A DNA stretch of 64,000 nucleotides from the human T2T-CHM13v2.0 reference genome, Homo sapiens, in the NCBI RefSeq assembly GCF_009914755.1, contig NC_060933.1; one strand, 5' to 3'. Numbering within the stretch: position 1 is the first letter of the stretch; the number at the start of each line of letters is the position of its first letter. Position numbers and translations under genes: made by a program. Positions 56,901 to 64,000 of the stretch are shown here, in pieces. The notes below the pieces were generated by a model that was not told where the DNA came from, ran no database searches, and saw nothing but the letters and a program-made list of their open reading frames with translations.

Positions 56901-58569
56901 GGAATGGAATGGAATGGAATGCAATGGAATGGAATCAATCCGAGTACAATGGAATGGAATGGAATGGAATGGAATGGAATGGAATGGAATGGAACTGAAT
57001 GGAATGGAATGACTTCAAACCAAATGGAATGGAAAGGAATGGAATCAACACCAGTGGAATGGAATGGAATGGAATGGAATGGAATGGAATGGAATGGTAC
57101 GGAATAGAATGGAATGGAACGAAATGGAATGGAATGGAATGGAATGGAATGGAATGGAATGGAATGGAATGGAATTAACCCGAATAGAATGGAATGGAAT
57201 GGAATGGAAAGGAATGGAAGGGAATGGAATGGAATGTAATCAACCCGAGTGCAGGGGAATGGAATGGAATGGAATGCAATGGAATGGAATCATCCGGAAT
57301 GGAATGGAATGGAATGGAATGCAATCAACCCGATGCAATGGAATGGAGCGGAATGGAATGGAATGGAATGGAAACATCCCGAATGGAATGGAATGTAATG
57401 GAGTGTAAGGGAATTGAATAGAATCTATCCGAATGGAATGGAATGGAATGGAATGAAATGGAATGTAATGGAATGGAATGGAATCAACCCGAGTGCAATG
57501 GAATGGATTCGAGTGGAATGGAATGGAATGGAATGGATTCAAGAAGAATGGAATGGAAAGGAATGGAATCAACCCGAGTGTAATGGGATGGAATGGAATG
57601 GAATGGAATGGGATGGAATGGAATGGTACGGAATAGAATGGAATGGAATGAAATGGAATGGAATGGAATGGAATGAAATGGAGTGGAATGGAATGGAATG
57701 AACCCGTGTGCAATGGAATGGAATGGAATGGAATGGAATGGAATGGAATGGATTCAACTCGAATGGAATCAACTCGATTGCAATGGAATGGAATGGAATG
57801 GAAAGGAATAGAATGGAATCAACCCGAATGGAATGGAATGGAAAGGACTGGAATGGAGTGGAATGGAATTGAATGGAATTAACCCGAATAGAATGGAATG
57901 GAATGGAATGGAACGGAATGTAATTGTATGGAATGGAATGGAATCAACCCGAGTGCAGGGGAGTGGAATGGAAGGGAATGCAATGGAATGGAATCATCCG
58001 GAATGGAATGGAATGGAATGGAATGGAATCAACTCGATTTCAATGGAATGGAATGGAATAGACTGGAATGGAATTAACACGAATAGAATGGAATGGAATG
58101 GAATGGAACAGAAAGGAATGGAATGGAATGGAATGGAATCAACCCAAGAGCAGAGGAATGGAATGGAATGGAATGGAATGGAATGGAATGGAATGGAATG
58201 GAATGGAATGGAATGGAATGGAATCAACCCGAGTGCAATGGAATGGAGAGGAAGGGAATGGAATGGAATGGAAACTACCCGCATGGAATGTAATGTAATG
58301 GAGTGTAGGGGAATTGAATAGAATCAATCCGAATGGAATGGAATGGAATGGAATGGAATGGAATGGAATCAACGCGAGTGCAGGGGAATGGAATGGAATG
58401 GAATGCAATGGAATGGAATCTTCCGGAATGGAATGGAATGGAATGGAATGGAATGGAATGGAATGCAATGGATTCAACTCGATTGCAATGGAATGGAATA
58501 GAATGGAATGGAATGGAATGGAATGGAATTAACCCGAATAGAATGGAATGGAATGGAATGGAACGGAAC

Positions 58570-61500
58570 GGAAAGGAACGGAATGGAACGGAATGGAATG
58601 GAATGGAATGGAATGGAATTTTATGTAACGGAAAGGAATGGTACGGAATTGAATGGAATGGAAAGAATTGGAATGGAATGGAATGGAATGGAATGGAATG
58701 GAATGGAATGGAATCAACCCGAGTGCAGGGGAATGTAATGGAACGGAATGCAATGGAATGGAATCATCCGGAATGGAATGGAATGGAATGGAGTGGAATG
58801 GAATGGAATGGAATCAACCTGAGTGCAATGGAATGGAGTGGAATGGAATGGAATGGAATGGAACACCCCGAATGGAAAGGAATGTAATGGAGAGTAAGGG
58901 AGTTGAATAGAATCAATCCGAATGTAATGGAATGGAATGGAATGGAATGGAAAGGAATGGAATGGAATGGAATGCAATGGAATGGAATCAACCCGAGTAC
59001 AATGGAATGGAATGGAATGGAATGGAATGGAATGGAATGGAATGGAATCAACCTGAGTGCAATGGAATGGAGTGGAATGGAATGGAATGGAATGGAACAA
59101 CCCGAATGGAATGGAATGTAATGGAGAGTAAGGGAGTTGAATAGAATCCATCCGAAAGTAAAGGAATGGAATGGAACGGAATGGAATGGAATGGAATGGA
59201 ATGGAATGGAATGCAATGGAATGGAATCAACCCGAGTACAATGGAATAGAATGGAATGGAATGGAATGGAATGGAATGGAATGGAATGGAATCATCCCGA
59301 GTGCAATGGAATGGAGAGGAATGGAATGGAATGCAATGGAATCTACCCGAATGGAATGGAATGAAATGGAGTGTAAGGGAATTGAATAGAATAAATCCGA
59401 ATGGAATGGAATGGAATGGAACGGAATGTAATGTAATGTAATGGAATGGAATCAACCCGAGTGCAGGGGAATGGAATGGAATGCAATGCAATATAATGGA
59501 ATCATCCGGAATGGAATGGAATGGAATGGAATGGAATGGAATTGAATGGAATGGAATCAACCCGAGTGCAATGCAATGGAGTGAAATGGAATGGAATGGA
59601 ATGGAAACAACCAGAATGGATTGGAATATAATGGAGTGTAAGGGAATTGAATAGAATCAATCTGAATGTAATGAAATGGAATGGAACGGAATGGAATGGA
59701 ATGGAATGGAATGGAATGCAATGGAATGGAATCAACCCGAGTGCAATCGAATGGAATCGAATGGAATCGAATGCAATGGAATGGATTCAACTTGAATGGA
59801 ATGGAAAGAATGGAGTCAACACGAGTGGAATGGCATGGATTGGAATGGAATGGAATGGAATCAACCCGAGTACAGGGGAATGGAATGGAATGGAATGCAA
59901 TGGAATCGAATCATCCGTAATGGAATGGAAAGGAATGGAATGGAATGGAATGGAATGGAATGGAATGGAATCAACTCGATTGCAATCGAATGGAATGCAA
60001 TGGAATTAACCCGAATAGAATGGAATGGAACGGAATGGAACGAAACGGAATGGAATGGATTGGAATGGAATGGAACGGAAAGGAATGGAATGGAATGGAA
60101 TGGAATGGAATGGAGTGGAATGGAATGGAATGGAATCAACGAGAGTGCAGGGGAATGGAATGGAATGGAATGGAATGGAATGGAATGGAATGGAATGGAA
60201 TGGAAAGGAATCAAGCCGAGTGCAGGGGAATGTAATGGAACGGAATGCAATGGAATGGAATCATCCGGAATGGAATGGAATGGAAGGGAATGGAATGGAA
60301 TGGAGTGGAATGGAATGGAATGGAATGGAACAACCCGAATGGAATGTAATGTAATGGAGAGTAACGGAGTTGAATAGAATCAATCCAAATGTAATGGAAT
60401 GGAATGGAACGGAATGGAATGGAATGGAATGGAATGGAATGCAATGGAATGGAATCAACCCGAGTAGAATAGAATGGAAAGGAATGGAATGGAATGGAAT
60501 ACAATGGAATGGAATCAACCCGAATGCAATGGAATGGAGAGGAATGGAATGGAATGGAATGGAATGGAAACTACGCGAATGGAATGGAAGGTAACGGAGT
60601 GTAAGGGAATTGAATAGAATCAATCCGAATGTAATGGAATGGAATGGAAAGGAATGGAATGGAATGGAATGGAATGAAATGGAATGCAATGGAATGGAAT
60701 CAACCCGAGTGCAATCGAATGGAATAGAACGGAATGGAATGCAATGGAATGGATTCAACTTGAATGCAATGGAAAGAATGGAATCAACACGAGTGGAATG
60801 GCATGGATTGGAATGGAATGGAAGGGAATCAACCCGAGTGCAATGGAACAGAGAGGAATGGAATGGAATGCAATGGAAACTACCCGAATGGAATGGAATG
60901 TAATGGAGTGTAAGGGAATTGAATAGAATCTATCCGAATGGAATGGAATGCAATGGAACGGAATGCAATGTAATGGAATGGAATGGAATCAACCCGAGTG
61001 CAGTGGAATGGTATGGAATGCAATGAAATATAATGGAATCATCCGGAATGGAATGGAATGGAATGGAATGGAATGGAATGGAATGGAATGGAATCAACCC
61101 GAGTGCAATGGAATGGAGAGAAATGGAATGGAATGGAATGGAAACAACCAGAATGGATTGTAATATAATGGAGTGTAAGGGAATTGAATAGAATCAATCT
61201 GAATGTAATGAAATGGAATGGAACGGAATGGAATGGAATGGAATGGAATGGAATGCAATGGAATGGAATAAACCCGAGTGCAATCGAATGGAATCGAATG
61301 GAATGGAATGCAATGGAATGGATTCAACTTGAATGGAATGGAAAGAATGGAATCAACACGAGTGGAATGGCATGGATTGGAATGGAATGGAATGGAATCA
61401 ACCCGAGTACAGGGGAATGGAATGGAATGGAATGCAATGGAATGGAATCATCTGTAATGGAATGGAAAGGAATTGAATGGAATGGAATGAAATTGAATGG

Positions 61501-64000
61501 AATGGAATGGAATCAACTCGATTGCAATCGAATGGAATGTAATGGAACTAACCCGAATAGAATGGAATGGAACGGAATGGAACGGAACGGAATGGAATGG
61601 ATTGGAATGGAATGGAACGGAAAGGAATGGAATGGAATGGAATGGAATGGAATGGAGTGGAATGGAATGGAATGGAATCAACGCGAGTACAGGGGAATGG
61701 AATGGAATAGAATGGAATGGAATGGAATGGAATGGAATCAACCCGAGTGCAGGGGAATGTAATGGAACGGAATTCAATGGAATGGAATCATCCGGAATGG
61801 AATGGAATGGAATGGAATGGAATGGAATGGAATGGAGTGGAATGGAATGGAATGGAGTGGAATGGAATGGAATGGAATGGAACAACCCGAATGGAATGTA
61901 ATGTAATGGAGAGTAAGGGAGTTGAATAGAATCAATCCAAATGTAATGGAATGGAATGGAACGGAATGGAATGGAATGGAATGGAATGGAATGCTATGGA
62001 ATGGAATCAACCCGAGTAGAATGGAATGGAAAGGAATGGAATGGAATGGAATGGAATGGAATGGAATGGAATCAACCCGAATGCAATGGAATGGAGAGGA
62101 ACGGTATGGAGTGGAATGGAAACTACCGAAATGGAATGGAATGTAACGGAGTGTAAGGGAATTGAATAGAATCAATCCGAATGTAATGGAATGGAATGGA
62201 ACGGAATGGAATGGAATGGAATGGAATGGAATGGAATGGAATGCAATGGAATGGAATCAACCCGAGTGCAATCGAATGGAATCGAATGGAATGGAATGCA
62301 ATTGAATGGATTCAACTTGAATGGAATGGAAAGAATGGAATCAACACGAGTGGAATGGCATGGATTGGAATGGAATGTAATGGAATCAACCCGAGTACAG
62401 GGGAATGGAATGGAATGGAATGCAATGGAATGGAATCTTCCGGAATGGAATGGAATGGAATGGAATGGAATGGAATGGAATGGAATGAAATGCAATGGAT
62501 TCAACTCGATTGCAATGGAATGGAATAGAATGGAATGGAATGGAATGGAATGGAATTAAACCGAATAGAATGGAATGGAACGGAATGGAACGGAATGGAA
62601 CGGAATGGAATGGAATGGAATGGAATGGAATTTTATGTAACGGAAAGGAATGGTACGGAATTGAATGGAATGGAAAGAATTGGAATGGAATGGAATGGAA
62701 TGGAATGGAATGGAATGGAATGGAATCAACCCGAGTGCAGGGGAATGTAATGGAACGGAATGCAATGGAATGGAATCATCCGGAATGGAATGGAATGGAA
62801 TGGAGTGGAATGGAATGGAATGGAATCAACCTGAGTGCAATGGAATGGAGTGGAATGGAATGGAATGGAATGGAACACCCCGAATGGAAAGGAATGTAAT
62901 GGAGAGTAAGGGAGTTGAATAGAATCAATCCGAATGTAATGGAATGGAATGGAATGGAATGGAAAGGAATGGAATGGAATGGAATGCAATGGAATGGAAT
63001 CAACCCGAGTACAATGGAATGGAATGGAATGGAATGGAATGGAATGGAATGGAATGGAATCAACCTGAGTGCAATGGAATGGAGTGGAATGGAATGGAAT
63101 GGAATGGAACAACCCGAATGGAATGGAATGTAATGGAGAGTAAGGGAGTTGAATAGAATCCATCCGAAAGTAAAGGAATGGAATGGAACGGAATGGAATG
63201 GAATGGAATGGAATGGAATGGAATGCAATGGAATGGAATCAACCCGAGTACAATGGAATAGAATGGAATGGAATGGAATGGAATGGAATGGAATGGAATG
63301 GAATCATCCCGAGTGCAATGGAATGGAGAGGAATGGAATGGAATGCAATGGAATCTACCCGAATGGAATGGAATGAAATGGAGTGTAAGGGAATTGAATA
63401 GAATAAATCCGAATGGAATGGAATGGAATGGAACGGAATGTAATGTAATGTAATGGAATGGAATCAACCCGAGTGCAGGGGAATGGAATGGAATGCAATG
63501 CAATATAATGGAATCATCCGGAATGGAATGGAATGGAATGGAATGGAATGGAATTGAATGGAATGGAATCAACCCGAGTGCAATGCAATGGAGTGAAATG
63601 GAATGGAATGGAATGGAAACAACCAGAATGGATTGGAATATAATGGAGTGTAAGGGAATTGAATAGAATCAATCTGAATGTAATGAAATGGAATGGAACG
63701 GAATGGAATGGAATGGAATGGAATGGAATGCAATGGAATGGAATCAACCCGAGTGCAATCGAATGGAATCGAATGGAATCGAATGCAATGGAATGGATTC
63801 AACTTGAATGGAATGGAAAGAATGGAGTCAACACGAGTGGAATGGCATGGATTGGAATGGAATGGAATGGAATCAACCCGAGTACAGGGGAATGGAATGG
63901 AATGGAATGCAATGGAATCGAATCATCCGTAATGGAATGGAAAGGAATGGAATGGAATGGAATGGAATGGAATGGAATGGAATCAACTCGATTGCAATCG
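58570..64000 (+). repeat. 4012-bp higher-order tandem repeat: one full unit (~58570..62581) plus ~1.4 kb of a second copy running off the window
   Basis: Unique word ttttatgtaacggaaagg at 58619 and 62631; ORFs identical at offset 4012 (58653/62665, 59048/63060, 59681/63693). Confidence 0.92.
59550..62330 (+). repeat. Diverged ~1.54-kb tandem sub-duplication inside the 4012-bp unit
   Basis: atggaaacaaccagaatggatt at 59601 and 61138 (offset 1537); gtaatgtaatggagagtaa...caatccaaat near 60346 and 61898 (offset 1552); ORFs 59557..59790 vs 61094..61327. Confidence 0.8.

Larger units (their letters stand above)
1..64000 (+). repeat. Human Satellite 3 (HSat3 / Satellite III)-type array, (GGAAT)n with CAACCCGAGT-class interruptions; runs off both window ends
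   Basis: Seen: GGAAT pentamer runs from base 1 to 64000, purine-rich strand always on +, interrupted every few tens of bases to ~100 bp by CAACCCGA(G/A)T, CAACTCGATT, TTAACCCGAATAG, CATCCGG. Established: (GGAAT)n plus CAACCCGA(A/G)T is the classical Satellite III consensus; HSat2 instead carries CATTCGATTC/GATGAT-type units, not seen here. Species, subfamily and chromosome cannot be fixed without a search. Confidence 0.97.

Noticed and set aside
7-63932. Hundreds of ORFs (MEWNG repeats on +, IPFHS repeats on -), up to 356 aa (34920..35990) and 322 aa (25920..26888)
   Set aside because: A stop-free 5-bp repeat gives the same pentapeptide in all three frames; the ORFs overlap in every frame, have no domain content and end at random variants. 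Repeat-associated translation of TGGAA expansions is known in SCA31, but nothing here indicates translation.
1-64000. CRISPR-like pattern of conserved short modules separated by variable-length stretches
   Set aside because: The 'spacers' are GGAAT runs rather than unique sequence, the modules are in-register pentamer variants, and there are no cas genes or leader.
1-64000. Transposon insertion, unique-sequence island or strand inversion
   Set aside because: No poly-A, Alu/L1/LTR-like sequence or CATTC-oriented block was seen; the pentamer register can be followed throughout.
1-64000. Telomeric repeat, alpha satellite/CENP-B box, or HSat2 assignment
   Set aside because: No TTAGGG runs, no 171-bp monomer or CENP-B box seen, and no HSat2-type CATTCGATTC/GATGAT units.
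1-64000. Specific chromosome or HSat3 subfamily label
   Set aside because: Needs subfamily k-mer classification or alignment to a T2T assembly, which I cannot run.

Overview
The whole 64-kb window is one uninterrupted, single-orientation (GGAAT)n/(CATTC)n satellite array, punctuated by short diagnostic modules (CAACCCGAGT, CAACTCGATT, TTAACCCGAATAG, CATCCGG, GCAGGGG). This is the signature of human/hominoid Satellite 3 (HSat3, Sat III) pericentromeric heterochromatin. I found no credible gene, RNA gene, transposon or CRISPR array; all listed ORFs are translation artefacts of the pentamer (MEWNG on +, IPFHS on -). I cannot support a new protein-based system. What is interesting is the array architecture: a nearly identical 8260-bp higher-order repeat with a remodelled second copy and a diverged third start, a 4012-bp repeat at the right end, ~3.8-kb diverged duplications, two interleaved module 'dialects', about 54 register shifts that are all -1, and 20 perfect heat-shock elements created by one recurring variant. 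All counts and offsets were made by eye and need computational confirmation.
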